Positions 13,106 through 25,647 are shown, numbered from the stretch's first letter. The stretch is DNA of 64,000 nt from Octopus vulgaris (GCA_951406725.2 OX597824.1:51398001-51462000); one strand, 5' to 3'. A program made the numbers and translations. The notes: generated by a model not told the origin, from the sequence alone.

Positions 13106-13360
13106 CATTATTATTATTATGAGCTAGCAGAATTGTTAGCATGCTCAGTGGTATTTCGTCCGGCATTGCATTCTGAGTTCAAATTACGCCAAAGTTGACT
13201 TTTCCTTTCATCCTTTCGAGGTCCATAATTTAAGTAACAATGAAACACTGGGTCAAAGTAATCGATTCATCTCCTCTCTCAAAGGACAGACAAAGAGATT
13301 GAGTCGATTATATCGACCCCAGTGCGTAACTGGTACTTTATTTATCGACCCCGAATGAAT
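11175..13360 (+). mobile_element. Cluster of at least six family B SINE copies with (ATT)n tails, including a local tandem duplication and one inverted fragment
   Basis: Repeated gttcaaattccgccgaggtcgactttgcctttcat..gtcgataaa at ~11220, 11430, 12260, 12850 and 13177, plus a partial copy at ~12005. 12674-12900 is duplicated at 13009-13230; 13283-13364 is the reverse complement of ~12878-12960. Confidence 0.85.
11619..11986 (-). mobile_element. 3' end of an R4/Dong-like restriction-endonuclease LINE
   Basis: Minus strand 11986-11942 reads GTAHILRKTLSIQL*, the C-terminal signature of R4/Dong ORFs, followed by a ~320-nt 3' UTR and (TAA)n at 11568-11618. Confidence 0.7.
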
Positions 13361-13362
13361 GA

Positions 13363-13417
<55 letters not shown>

Positions 13418-13495
13418 TTTTGCGGCAAACAACAATTATATATCATGCTACCCTTGTGGCAAAATTTGAAACCATCATCATTATTATTATTATCA

Positions 13496-13552
<57 letters not shown>

Positions 13553-13597
13553 TTATTATTATTATTATCATTATTATTATTATTATTATTGTTATTA

Positions 13598-13655
<58 letters not shown>

Positions 13656-13664
13656 TATCATTAT

Positions 13665-14010
13665 TGTGTGAGAAAGCAATGCATGCCATCAAAGTGACAC
13701 TGGGGTACAAATATACAAAGCCCAATATACCCCCTCATCCAACTGAAAAGGGTACACCAGGCACATGTATCACAATTATATATGTGCGACATTGTGATCT
13801 CATATCAAGATAAACAGCGCATGACCTTGTAGGTGGGGCCTAATTCGATTTTTCTTCAAGTCAAGTACCCCCTCCCTTATTCAAAAGGTCTCTGAACAAA
13901 GTTTGTTTAAGGACGATGAACAAAACACCCATGTTTCCAGAAGGGAATTACTGAAACCCCGAAGAATTCCTCTCAACATATGGCTACGATGCTCCTCCAC
14001 TACTCCTGCC
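13665..14010. mobile_element. Probable retroelement 3' UTR fragment abutting a long (ATT)n tract
   Basis: Non-coding, GC-richer block starting exactly at the end of the (ATT)n tract 13481-13665. Family assignment is recall/inference only. Confidence 0.35.
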
Positions 14011-14155
14011 CACTACTCAACTGGTACTTATCTTATCGACCCCATAAGGGATGAAAGGCAAAGTCGACCCAGCAGAATTTGAACTCAAAAAGGAAGAACG
14101 GACAAAATGCCTCTAAGCATTTTTCCCGGCGTGCTAACAGTTCTACCAGCTCACC
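14010..14155 (-). mobile_element. SINE family B
   Basis: ctggtacttatcttatcgacccc..gatgaaaggcaaagtcgac..gaatttgaactc matches the other copies in reverse complement. Confidence 0.8.
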
Positions 14156-14333
14156 AACATACGAGATTTCATTTATTTACTACAAGGATTTTGGGATGCA
14201 GACGCTATTATAGGTACAGGTCGCACGTTGCCTGGATTGGGGTTACATGTACATGAAGCAGAAGAAGAAGAAGAAGAAGAAGAAGAAGAAGAAGAAGAAG
14301 AAGAAGAAGAAGAAGAAGAAGAAGAAGAAGAAG

Positions 14334-14364
<31 letters not shown>

Positions 14365-14784
14365 CAAAACCATTTTCGGGTCCATTCTTTGTTAGTCTGT
14401 CTACCTGTCTGCCTGTCTGTCTGTATGGGTTTCACTATGTGTATATTGTTTGTATATGTACGTTGTTTGTTCTGGTGCATATTTTTTTACACATATGTAT
14501 TTGTATATGTGTGTTTGTGTTTACATGTGTGCGTGTGTATTTATGTCTTTGTATTTGTGTATGTTAGCGTAAGCTTGTATCTAGATGTATTTATGCATGT
14601 GCGTGTGTGTGTGTGTAGTAGTAGTAGTAGTAGTAATAGTAGTAGTAGTATTAGTATTAGTAGTAGTAGTAGTTTTTGCGACAAACAACAATTATATATC
14701 ATGAATATTTTTGTTGCTTTTGTTGTAGTTGTAGTTGTCGTCGTCATCATTGTTGTTATTGATGTTGTTGTTGACGTTAATGTT

Positions 14785-14821
<37 letters not shown>

Positions 14822-15124
14822 CTGTTGTTCTTGTTGTTGACGTTGCAGAATGACATGGGAAAACCTACCAATGTTTTAAAGAATTACAGTTTGGTATTTC
14901 GCCCGAAGATAAAACTACATGGCCAGGTTCAGTTCACTTGTCTTTTGTTTTGTTTGTTGTTGTTGATGTTGTTGTTTATCAGAGATGGGGATGGGGTCAA
15001 CCGTAACATTGAATTGTGTGTGCGTGCGTGCGTGTGTGTGTGTATGTTTGGTGGGATGTGTCTGTGCGTGTGCGAGATCAAGTAGGTGAGTGTGTGAATA
15101 ACTGCGTTGTTTGTATAAGCGAAG

Positions 15125-15645
15125 GTGTGAATGAATGAATGAGTGAAAGTAAGAGTGTAAGTAATTGGATGTGTTAATGAGGAAAAGTATGAGTAAATAA
15201 GTGAATGAGTGAGTGAATGAGTGAGTGAGTGAATGAGTGACTGAGAGAGTAAGTGAGTGAGTGAGTGAGTGAGTGTGTGAGTGAGTGAGTGAGTGAGTTA
15301 GTAAGTGAGTGAGTGAGTGAATGAGTGAGTGAGTGAGTGAATGAGTGAATGAGGGAAACAGTGAGTGAATGAGTGAGTGTGTGAATGAATGAGCGAGTGA
15401 ATGATTGATTGAGTGAGTGAGTAAGTGAGTGAGTGAGTGAGTGAGTGAGTGAGTAAGTGAGTGAGTGAGTGAGTGAATGAGTGAATGAGTGAGTGAGTGA
15501 GTGAGTGAATGAGTGAGTGAGTGAGTGAGTGAGTGAGTGAGTGAGTGAGTGAGTGAGTGAATGAGTGAGTGAGTGAGTGAATGTGAGTGAGTGAGTGAGT
15601 GAGTGAGTGAGTGAGTGAGTGGGTGAATAAGTGAGTAGTAAGTGA
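15125..15645. repeat. Long degenerate (GAGT)n/(GAAT)n tetranucleotide array
   Basis: Directly visible, ~520 bp. Confidence 0.95.
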
Positions 15646-16489
15646 GCTAGATCAGGTGATGGCTTGATCTAAGCTAAACCAGGTATCATTCTCATGGCAT
15701 GAAACGTAAGTCGTTCGTTGCAAATGGGAAACTATGAAAAATATTAATAACTCTCAAAAGTTTTATTTCGTAGAGCCTATCTACAAATTCATAGTGCACT
15801 ACCAACGCGCGCGCACGCACACACATATATGCGTTTGTACGTATGTGCGCACAAACATGCGCACATACACAAGCATGAGCAACTATGTATGTTAATAAGA
15901 ACGGAAACAAAAAAGGCGAAGACAACATTCCAAATGAGGCTGATTTATGTAAACAACCTGTTGTGATCAAATTCGTTTTCGTTGCGGCCGTCGAGCTTTC
16001 ACGTGAGTCTGCAACAGTGAATCACCATCACTTTAGAACATCTACATCCTCCGTTGTTGCAGCTCTTTATAAAGTACAATCCATCAAAAGATCCACATTT
16101 AGAAAAGAATGTGATCATTGATTTCTGTAGGTAATTAAAATGAAATTTTCAACGATCATTCCTACCCGTAAAAAAACAGAAATACACAGACATGCATACA
16201 TATATACATGCGAATGTATGCCTGTATGCCATTATTCAGTTATATTTCAATATTTCTAGCCAATAGAGAAAGCAGGTTTCTAATCTAGATTCAAGACTAG
16301 ATCCATAGACTTACAACAATATCAACAGGGTATTTTTGTATGTATGTCTGTATGTATGTATGTATGTATGTATGTATGTATGTATGTATGTATGTATGCA
16401 TGCATGTATGTATGTATGTATGTATGTATGTATGTATGTATGTATGTATGTATGCATGTATGTATGTATGCATGTATGTATGTATATGT

Positions 16490-16797
16490 GCAGATTTGTA
16501 TGTTTTTTTATGTATGTATTCTCATGAATATAGTTGCATGTCTAGACATGCTCATATATACTTAAATGATTAACTTCTGGAAAGTTTACACATTTTTACA
16601 GTTCCAGTGATGGCTTAGATCTGTAGTCTTTGAATCAGCTTTCTCCTTCCTGGTCTTGAGAAGCCTAATTTCTTGGTATTTAGGCAGTATGTTACATATC
16701 CCAGTGTTCCAATAATTTCATATATAAACCTCAACTTGTAGTCTGGATAGATTAACTGTAAATTTTTCAATAATTCAGAGTACTTATTTTCTTTTTT
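16490..16797 (-). mobile_element. 3' fragment of a restriction-like-endonuclease LINE embedded in (CATA)n
   Basis: KKENKYSELLKNLQLIYPDYKLRFIYEIIGTLGYV...LIQRLQI*AITGTVKMCK matches the K..KY..L / IIG.LG / LQ..A..GT pattern of R4/Dong/NeSL-type RLE domains. (TATG)n on both sides. Confidence 0.7.
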
Positions 16798-17500
16798 GTA
16801 TGTATGTATGTATGTATGTATGTATGTATGTATGTATGTATGTATGTATGTATTACTCTTGTCTTCAGACAATCAGACCGTTTTTTTAATTAACCGCATG
16901 TTAGTTTTGGGGAATTTTTGATTTCTGTGATTATCTACTCTACTCATTTAGAATGGTTAGCAATTACCATCAAGCGATTGGTCTACCCATTCTAGAAGCA
17001 GAGATTATGTCAATTTAGCTTATATATTATTTAATATACTCTTATCTGTGTTTATTGTTGAAGTTCATACCATAGGCCACGTTGGGTTATTTCCCTTTAT
17101 GTCAATAATTTAGGACCAAAGTGCATTCTACCTCTTTTTTGTACATATCCAAATGTCTTGTCTGCAGAAGATAAAGTAGGATAATCACTGTGCTTATAAC
17201 GCCGATTTAAGCAGAAACATGCGCCAACTGTTGTCTCTTTGTCTTCAGATAATTAGATTATTCTTTCTCTTCTTAATGTCTTGTCAAGTTTGGCAAATTC
17301 TTGATTTTTGGTTCTCCCTTTGTTATTTGATCGATTGGCCAACTTTCTCCGGAGGGTAAGATTATTTCAGTGAATCAGCTATTTGTCATCTGTATTATTT
17401 AATATACCTTTACCTAATTTTATTGTTGAATTACATGTCAGTGACCATCCTGTATTCTTTGTTTGAGCTCATCATCGTTTTATGTGTATGTGTGTTTGTT

Positions 17501-17557
<57 letters not shown>

Positions 17558-17574
17558 CTGTGTGTGTGCATGTA

Positions 17575-17757
17575 TCTCTCTACTTATTTCAGTCGTTAGA
17601 CTGCGACCAGGACTTGTATTTTTTAAGCCTGGTACTTACTCTATCGATCGCTTTGGTCGGCCCAAAGCTATAGTTGCCCAAAGTGCCACGCTCTGGGACT
17701 GAACCCGGAATTATGTAGTTGAGAAGCAAAATTCTAACCACACAACGATGCCTGAGC

Positions 17758-17760
<3 letters not shown>
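17575..17760 (-). mobile_element. SINE family A, internally deleted
   Basis: tttcagtcgttagactgcg and aagtgccacgctctgggactgaacccggaa match family A tail and head in reverse complement. Confidence 0.7.
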
Positions 17761-17844
<84 letters not shown>

Positions 17845-18054
17845 GCATGCGCATACATATATAAACATAGATATGTATTCTTTGTCTTTGCAATTTTTCA
17901 GAAGGCATCCTTTAAAAATAATAGAAAGCATTGGAACAGTCGTACGACTGTCTGGTATTTGAATTATTCTTCCCTTTCTTTTTTCTTTTTTTTTTTCTTT
18001 TTGAGTGCAGTCTTCCCGAATACAATCCGAAACCACTAATTATATACACACATA

Positions 18055-19526
18055 CACTGGCCAAAATAAGTTTAAGACCGATGGTGACAGTTCTATTCTT
18101 CATTAATTTATCTGTAACAAAACTGTATAAGATTATTTTATTTTTTACATTTTATGTAGAATTTTTTCTCTTTCGTTTGATACAGGCGATATATATCTTT
18201 CTACAATTGGAATAATTTTAATGCGCAATTAATTCAAATGATAAAAAATTGTCGGCAAAATAAGTTTAAGACCGTACCAACATTATTTTGTTCAAACTAA
18301 AAATTTACGGCACAAATGATCAACGAACAAAAATTTATTATTCATATCTAGTTCCATAGCCGTTATTTTTAATTACGGCCTTACAACTGCGGGACATGGA
18401 GTTCGACAAAATGAGCACAAAATGAGCACAAAAATCACTTGGAATGCTCTGCCATATTTCTTTAATAAAATTATATAATTGGGACAAATTTGTTGGGTTT
18501 TTTTTAGCATGAACTCTTTCAGAAACATAATTCCATAAATTTTCTATCGGATTCAAATCCGAGTTCTGCGGAGGCCACTCAATAACAACCATATTATTGC
18601 GCTCAAAATATTGCAAAACTTTCCTAGCCTTGTGAACGGAGCAATTGTCCTGCTGGAAAATAGATCCTGTTGGCATCTGATTATTTAAATATGGCAGCAC
18701 ATTTTCATTTACTAATTGCAGATAGCCCAATCTGTTCAGTCTGCCATCAAAGAACTTTTGACCAGTCTTCGTCCGTCCATTCAATATGGCTTTTAGCAAA
18801 CTTGATCCATTTCTGCCGGTTTGTCTCAGAATTTTCGGCTACTTTCGAGCGACCCAGCCGAAAAGTCTAAATTCTTTTAGGCGGTTTCTGACAGTTTGTG
18901 GTGTAAAACAGATGTCAGTTTCATCAGATAATTGCTTGCAAATGTTCACTACTGTTAGCATTCGTTTACCTTCAGAGAGCCTGTGAATTCGTCAATCCAT
19001 CTGTACTGTTGTTTTTTCTCGAAGCGCCCGTTCTTTGCCGACCTTCGTATTGGTCGGTGGCTTGGTAAAGCTTCCATGCTTGAACACAAGCCGTTTTGCT
19101 GCATCCTAATTACTTGCTAATGTTCATGAAGGACACATTTTGCTGATGAAGCAACACAATCTTTGATATAGTATCTGGGCTGATACTACAAGGCTTTCCC
19201 AGAGCGAATTAATGTGTAACAACTCTAGATTATTAAACAAAACAGTGCAGTACGGCCAGCCATATAACCACCCATTTGCCTTATTAATTTGCATAATCTT
19301 GGTACGGTCTTAAACTTATTTTGCCGACAATTTCTAGTCATTTGAATTAATTGCGCAATAAAATTATTCGAATTGTAGAAATATATATAAGGCATATATC
19401 ATTCGAAAGAGAAAAATATTCTATATAAACTGTAACAAGTGAAATAATTTTATACAGTTTTGTTAAAAATACATTAATGAAGGAATAGAACTGTCATTAT
19501 CGATCTTTAACTTATTCTGGCCAGTG
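18055..19526 (-). mobile_element. Tc1 (DD34E) transposon with ~230-bp IR/DR terminal repeats, internally deleted
   Basis: TA|CACTGGCCAAAATAAGTTTAAGACC at 18055 and its inverted copy ending at 19526|TA. Each TIR has an inner repeat ggcaaaataagtttaagaccg. ORF 18338-18799 contains FQQD-(34 aa)-E (WPPQNSDLNPIENLW). The segment around the first catalytic Asp is missing. Confidence 0.93.
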
Positions 19527-19699
19527 TATATCTGAGGGGTGTAAAGCGATGCATAAGCTGGATGGTTAAGAAATTAAGAACCACAAAGACCCGGGCGTTC
19601 GACTACATGCGTGATAATTATGTCATTTTCGGGTGGAGTTATATCTAAAGAGTGAAATTGGGTAAGCACAAACGATATATAGGGTTGGTTTCCCAATTT

Positions 19700-19870
19700 T
19701 CGAGCTGTATATATTCCCCACTTCCCAGATGCGAGGGCCGGTCCGTCGCAGGATAACTCATTATTGCTAGCTGACTGGATTGGAGCAACGTGAAATGAGT
19801 CCAGGAACCGAAACCACAATCTTATGCTCATGAGTCCAACACCTTAACCGGTAACCCAAGCGTCTCCACG
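19700..19870 (-). mobile_element. Degenerate tRNA-derived SINE (additional family)
   Basis: Reverse complement has a tRNA-like head (ggttaaggtgttggactc...ggtttcggttcctgg) followed by cctgcgacggaccggc. Confidence 0.45.
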
Positions 19871-20369
19871 TTTATATATACATACATACACACACATACA
19901 TGCATATATATATATATTATACATACACATATATATATGAGTGTATATATATATATATAAGTGTATGTATATATATAAGAAATAAACCAACAACAGTACT
20001 CAGTAGAAGCGGCTGTTCGAGAAAACAGACATTACACACAGCCAAACTTCATATAGATACTTAATGCTAGCTAATTAGCAAATAATCTATTGTAAAAGGC
20101 GTGGTAAACGGTATGTGCACAGCTCCATCTGGACTATTCCATTTCTACACACTAATTTTAATTTTAATTTATTCCCATTCATGTGAAACCACTTATTCAA
20201 GTTCAAGTCATTGATGCAATTTTATATCAATTGCTATTTTTACTTTTGTTATGTTACGATTATATTATACTTTAGTTTGATTTTAATTATTACTTACTAC
20301 ATATAATTCAATTGTTATTATTATCTCTAATTTTTATTGTTAAAGTGAAAGCATCTGACATAAAATAGA

Positions 20370-20597
20370 GAAATGTTTTATGTTTCACTTTTAACACGTA
20401 ATACTGAAATAGGGGAGAAAATATGATATTGCTGTGGGCTCGCCCTAGGCAAAAAGTTAAAATGTTTTTGCCGATGACACTCCCCTGACCCTAAGTAAGG
20501 CCTGTGTAAAATTTGAATGAAATTGGTTGTGTAGTTCTCAAGTTTTAGGGAAACACACAGACAGACAGACATACATTCTCAGTTTTATATAGAGAGA
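20370..20597 (-). mobile_element. Non-autonomous Helitron-like element, 5' end
   Basis: Minus strand A|TCTCTCTATATAAAACTGAGAATGTATGTCTGTCTGTCTG..AACTACACAACCAATTTCATTCAAATTTTACAC resembles the TC-start, short-tandem-repeat 5' ends of invertebrate Helitrons. No 3' hairpin/CTAG found. Confidence 0.55.
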
Positions 20598-20761
20598 TTA
20601 AATGTTTGAGGGGTGGTGTTGTATGTAAAGTCGTTGACCCAAATTTAATGTTCTATAACCAATGCTTCTTTATCTTTGTCTCATTTATATTTGAGCACTT
20701 TTTTTGCAGTCCTATAAACCCTTTTGTTTCTATTAGAAGAGACAAATATTATTTCTTGTTG

Positions 20762-20793
<32 letters not shown>

Positions 20794-21183
20794 CAGGGTA
20801 ATAAAGATATTAGAAAGTTTTACTACCAGTGGCCTAGCGTGTAGAAAAACTAGTCAATAGACTATATATTATTCATATAAAATACGGTGTACATTTAAAC
20901 ACATTAAGAGGTTTCCATCATAGGAATCCCTTACGCTAGAAGGAACTGCTAAAATCCAAACCACTAATAAAGGATAAATTCTCGAAGGGAAAGAAAAATA
21001 AAAACATTTACCATCTATTTCCTAGACCATGGTTTCTGACTTATTTTAGCAAATAAAATTATATATATATATGTAGGTATGTTGGTGCAAACAGGAAAAA
21101 TACAATTCAAAATATGAGTATAAATTTGATATATGCTAACACACGAAACTCTTGGACCTTGAGTTACTGTTACTTCTGCTAAA

Positions 21184-21309
<126 letters not shown>

Positions 21310-21406
21310 GTATGTATGTATGTATGTATGCATGCATGTATGTATGTATGTATGTATGTATGTATGTATGTATGTATGTATGTATGTATGTATGAATGTA
21401 TGTGTG

Positions 21407-21654
21407 TATGGCAAGAAGAAAATGGAGGCAATCCAGGGGTAGTATTCATCATTATTTATTTATTTTAAACAGTTCAAATAATATATAAATACATGTATAA
21501 AATATTAGTAATTTCTAGATTTCTCTATTCTAGAAATTATTAGTGCTTTGCACATGTATCTATATATAATCTGAACTGTTTAAAATAAATAGACATAATG
21601 TCTAAGGGCTGATGAATACTACCTCTGGATTGCCTCCATTTTCTTCTTGCCATA
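21407..21654. repeat. ~250-bp imperfect fold-back (inverted duplication)
   Basis: tatggcaagaagaaaatggaggcaatccag...tttctaga / tctagaaat...ctggattgcctccattttcttcttgccata; arms ~115-125 bp with a ~9-nt loop. Confidence 0.92.
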
Positions 21655-21845
21655 TAAATTAAAGGTAAAACTACTTATAACCCTTGCTTAATTATTATAC
21701 TCAATAGGGTAATTGACACGCAACAACCAACACTTGTGTATTAATTATTCTACAAGCAGTATATTGGATAGGGTAGATACTATTCCTTAGTTGGTTGGAT
21801 TCACAACCTCGAACTATCTTTGAAGATATATATATCTATATATAT

Positions 21846-21886
<41 letters not shown>

Positions 21887-22054
21887 GCCCACACACATGC
21901 ATATGTACATGACTGTGCGTTAGAATGTATATACGTAGACAAATGCATGTTCGATCGCCGCACAAATAAATATGCATAAATGTAAAAGAATACACACTTT
22001 AACATCGATAGGCAAGTATACTCAAATACACAAGCACGAAAAGTATGCACACAG

Positions 22055-22127
<73 letters not shown>

Positions 22128-22931
22128 TATTCACATGCAACTCACATATACACAGATACATGCACAAGTAGAAAACGGAGGAACGTGCACACACAAGTAC
22201 CCACTTAAATACAAACTTGATAATTATTCGAAAACATTAATAGAGACAGGATTGCTTCTATTTCTCTCCCCCCACCAACTCTAGTTGTTTCTCTTTATTC
22301 GTCCAATATTTGTGCGTTTAAGCGTGCATCACAAATATACATGTATACATACATATAACACACACACATACAATTGTACATACATACACAGACATATGCG
22401 CATATATATATATATATATATAAGTACGTGTTCGTAAATATGTATGTATGATTATTTACTGATGTATGTATAACAAGCACACAGTCACTGTGACACATAT
22501 CTATAGCCATAATTATTTTATACTCTGTGTTTTTATAATAACCTACCTCTGTCGTTACTAGTTTTCTCTCTTCCTTATATTTGCATTTTTGTTTGTCTCT
22601 CAATCTAGCTAGCCCTTTCTCTCTCTTTCTCTTACTCTCTGTCTATCCCTCTCTCCCTCTCTCTCTCTCTCTCTTTCTTTTACTCTCTATCTGTCCTCTC
22701 TCTCTCTTTTTCTCTTTCTGTCTCTGTGACTCTCTTTGTCTCTCCCCCACCCCTACTGAAACACTTTTATCAACACTTTATTCCACATCCATGTTTTCTA
22801 TATTTCTAAAACTTCTTTCTGTCTGACTTTCTTCCCTCTCTCTTACTCTTTCACTTTTCATCTTCCTCTTTTTATCGTCTTTTAGGAACCTTCTTTTACT
22901 TGCAGTTCTCGCACCAGTGCGCAGCACGTGT

Positions 22932-23062
22932 TCATAAACGAGATTTGATGACCGGAGGCGAGAAACCTTGTCTGACAAGAGATGGCAATTTCTTGACTAA
23001 ATGATAAAGAAACGGTGTCCATATATCTTTGACTAACATGGCTTCTTCAATTCGTAGATTAT
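22932..23062 (-). CDS. Candidate terminal coding exon of an unidentified host gene
   Basis: ctaac branch point ~30 nt upstream of a cattttcttag acceptor. The only open frame is xNLRIEEAMLVKDIWTPFLYHLVKKLPSLVRQGFSPPVIKSRL*, a complex-sequence island between simple repeats. Confidence 0.35.
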
Positions 23063-23559
23063 CTAAGAAAATGGCTGGTTGGTTTGTTCGTTAGCTTCGC
23101 TGAATGACTGGCTGGTGAGCTTGTTAGCTGGTTAGCTGGTTGGCTGGCTGTCCGCTGGCTGTCCGGCTGGCTGGCTGGCGGTTGACTCGTTGGCTGGCTG
23201 GCTGGCTGGCTAGTTGGCTGGTTGGGAGGTGTTTTTATTTATTTATTTACATATTTTTGATCATCTGACTGACTGACCGGTTGTCCGATTGGCCGATTGG
23301 TTGGTTGATTGTTGATTTTGTTCAATCCCAGTCGTAACCATTCTATCTTTTTTGTTTTTGTGTTTTCGTTTTTATTTTTAGTTCAAACATATCTAGAATT
23401 ACATTATGCAATGTATCCTTTTTAAGACGGTAGTTTGTAATTTGAGGAATATCTACTTGCTATTTCTAACATCTCAGACGACAACATAAATGTTCTCTCG
23501 GTTGGTATGGCTGAAATTTAAGACTCCTGTTTTCTCCAGTGTAATGTTAAAACATGGTG

Positions 23560-24010
23560 TACAGGATATTATACGTTAGATCGACTCATATTATAGCTTA
23601 ACACTTTCCAGCTCCCTGAGGAATTCAAGCTCTTAGAGTATTGTTTCAGTAGATTCAGAACGACTACAGACGTAGCCAACCACGTCACATGGCTTCTGGC
23701 TCCTGAATAATTTCACTGAAACAGTATAGTAGCACTTGACGTCAGCAAAATATTTGACCATGATCGGCACAAATTTCGCCTATTTAAACTGCTCGCCTAT
23801 GGGCTTCATCTGACTCTCGTTTCTTTTGGAAACGCTTTATATCAGATTATATAATCACAAAATGTATGTTTGGGGCTCTCTTTGACACATATTTCATCAA
23901 CTTGGTGTACAACAATACTTTCTTGTACACTGCTGACTTACTTGCTGTTGCCACTAATAAAACTCATTTTTACATAGATAACACCACCGTTTATTCTTCT
24001 CTTACTCCGC
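23560..24010 (+). pseudogene. Highly decayed LINE reverse transcriptase remnant (CR1/Jockey-like)
   Basis: VALDVSKIFDHDRH..FKLLAYG (cf. LDxSKAFDxVxH) at ~23729-23802 and DLL...HFYIDNTT (cf. YADD) at ~23934-23990. Confidence 0.55.
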
Positions 24011-25379
24011 ACATAAAATCCGCATTTCGAGAGAGTTGCTATTCAAATGAGAAAGGATTATGATTAGTGTGGGACTTTACTGGTGAGACATTGTAGCGCT
24101 GACGAGAACAGTAAAAATTGGCTGGCAAGACAGGTTCATTTAAGGGGACATCGTATGTAATTAGTTTGTATATATCAACAGAGAGCGTTGTATTAGTGTT
24201 CTTTTCCCCATGTACTGTGGTTCCAACTTTATCTCATCTTTGGTCTTAAAAAAAAACAGGCTTATGCTTCCAAATCCCTTGTTCCAATCAATAGACTATA
24301 CATATCCTATCACACATCCACTTGAGTTTCTTTTTATTCTTCTTTGAAGGGTGCATATTAACACCCAACTATTTATTCCAACGCAAGAGTATTTCTTGCT
24401 CACCCTTTCATTTTTAAATTCCTCGGGTAACACTGTTTCGTTGTTCTTTTCTTTGCCTTGAACTAATCGATGTCTAGCAAACAATAAGGTATCGTTGTTG
24501 TTGGTCCTGATACTTTTGTTATTGTCATTGTCTTTTAAGTTTTTTGTTACTTTTTCCTTGATGGATTTTCCCTTGTAACTGTTTCTGTTTACAATTGTTT
24601 GTTTTTCAATGTTTTTGAATTTAAAAATAATGTAGTTGCTACTACTTTTATGGTTATCTCCTCCACCTGCTACAACATAAGTGGACATATTGTCCAATAA
24701 ACAAAATAAAATGGATGTTTTAAAAAACACATGGACTCAGTGGAGTGGGTTTCAGTATTACGAACCCCTAATTGGGGATAAAAGAACCAAATAAACTTTT
24801 TTGTCATCAATTAGACTTGGAAGAAAATATCGTCTAAGTAAAGTGCTGTTAAACGTGACCGTTTTCTGCAAACAAACAACAATAATAACAGCAACGATAA
24901 TAATGATAATTTCATGATAATCTCTTACATAGACACAAGGTCAGAATCTTGGGGTTATGGATTAAATCAATCTCTGTACTTGGTAGCTACTTTATCTCAT
25001 CGATTAACTGGCTCTCTATCGATTACGACGACAAGGATTCCAACTGATCCAAGCAAGGAAACAAACTGCTTGTGAAATTAACGTGCAAGTGGTTGATCAC
25101 TTCACAGATACGTGTAAGAGAAGCGTAAATATGTGTGTGGGCGCGCGCGTGTGTGTGTCTTTGAGTCTGTGTTTGTCCCGCAACACTGCTTGACAACCGG
25201 TGTTGGGGTGTATACGTCCCTGTAACTTAACGGTTCGGTACATGAGACGGATGGAATAAGTACCAGGGTTAAAAGAGAATATTATAAACGTTTCTTTCGA
25301 CTAAATCTTCAAAGGCTCAGAATGGCCGCAGGCTAGTGACTGAAACAAGTAAAAGATTAATGGTACTATATATATATAT

Positions 25380-25647
25380 TCTAGAATCTTCTACATTCAA
25401 CCATTTTTGACGTCACTACTTATAACGGAATATTTTAAAGAAACACTCCTTATCGCTATGGGCTCCGTGTGGGCAGTCATCTAAAAGTTTTTGTTCATCT
25501 TGATGCTGACATAAGTTCCTTGTTTTTCCTGATGAGAAGGCGGCATAATGCACCCCTTATTCCTTCGAAATTAGGAATATGCAGCCCTCGAAACATATGT
25601 CGAGAATAAAGGAATTTTGTTAAATCGTCGTTCAACTCCATTCTTTC

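Noticed and set aside
16860-17460. Possible very old PLE RT N-terminal remnant
   Set aside because: Only isolated motif-like fragments (ADKT); too decayed to call.
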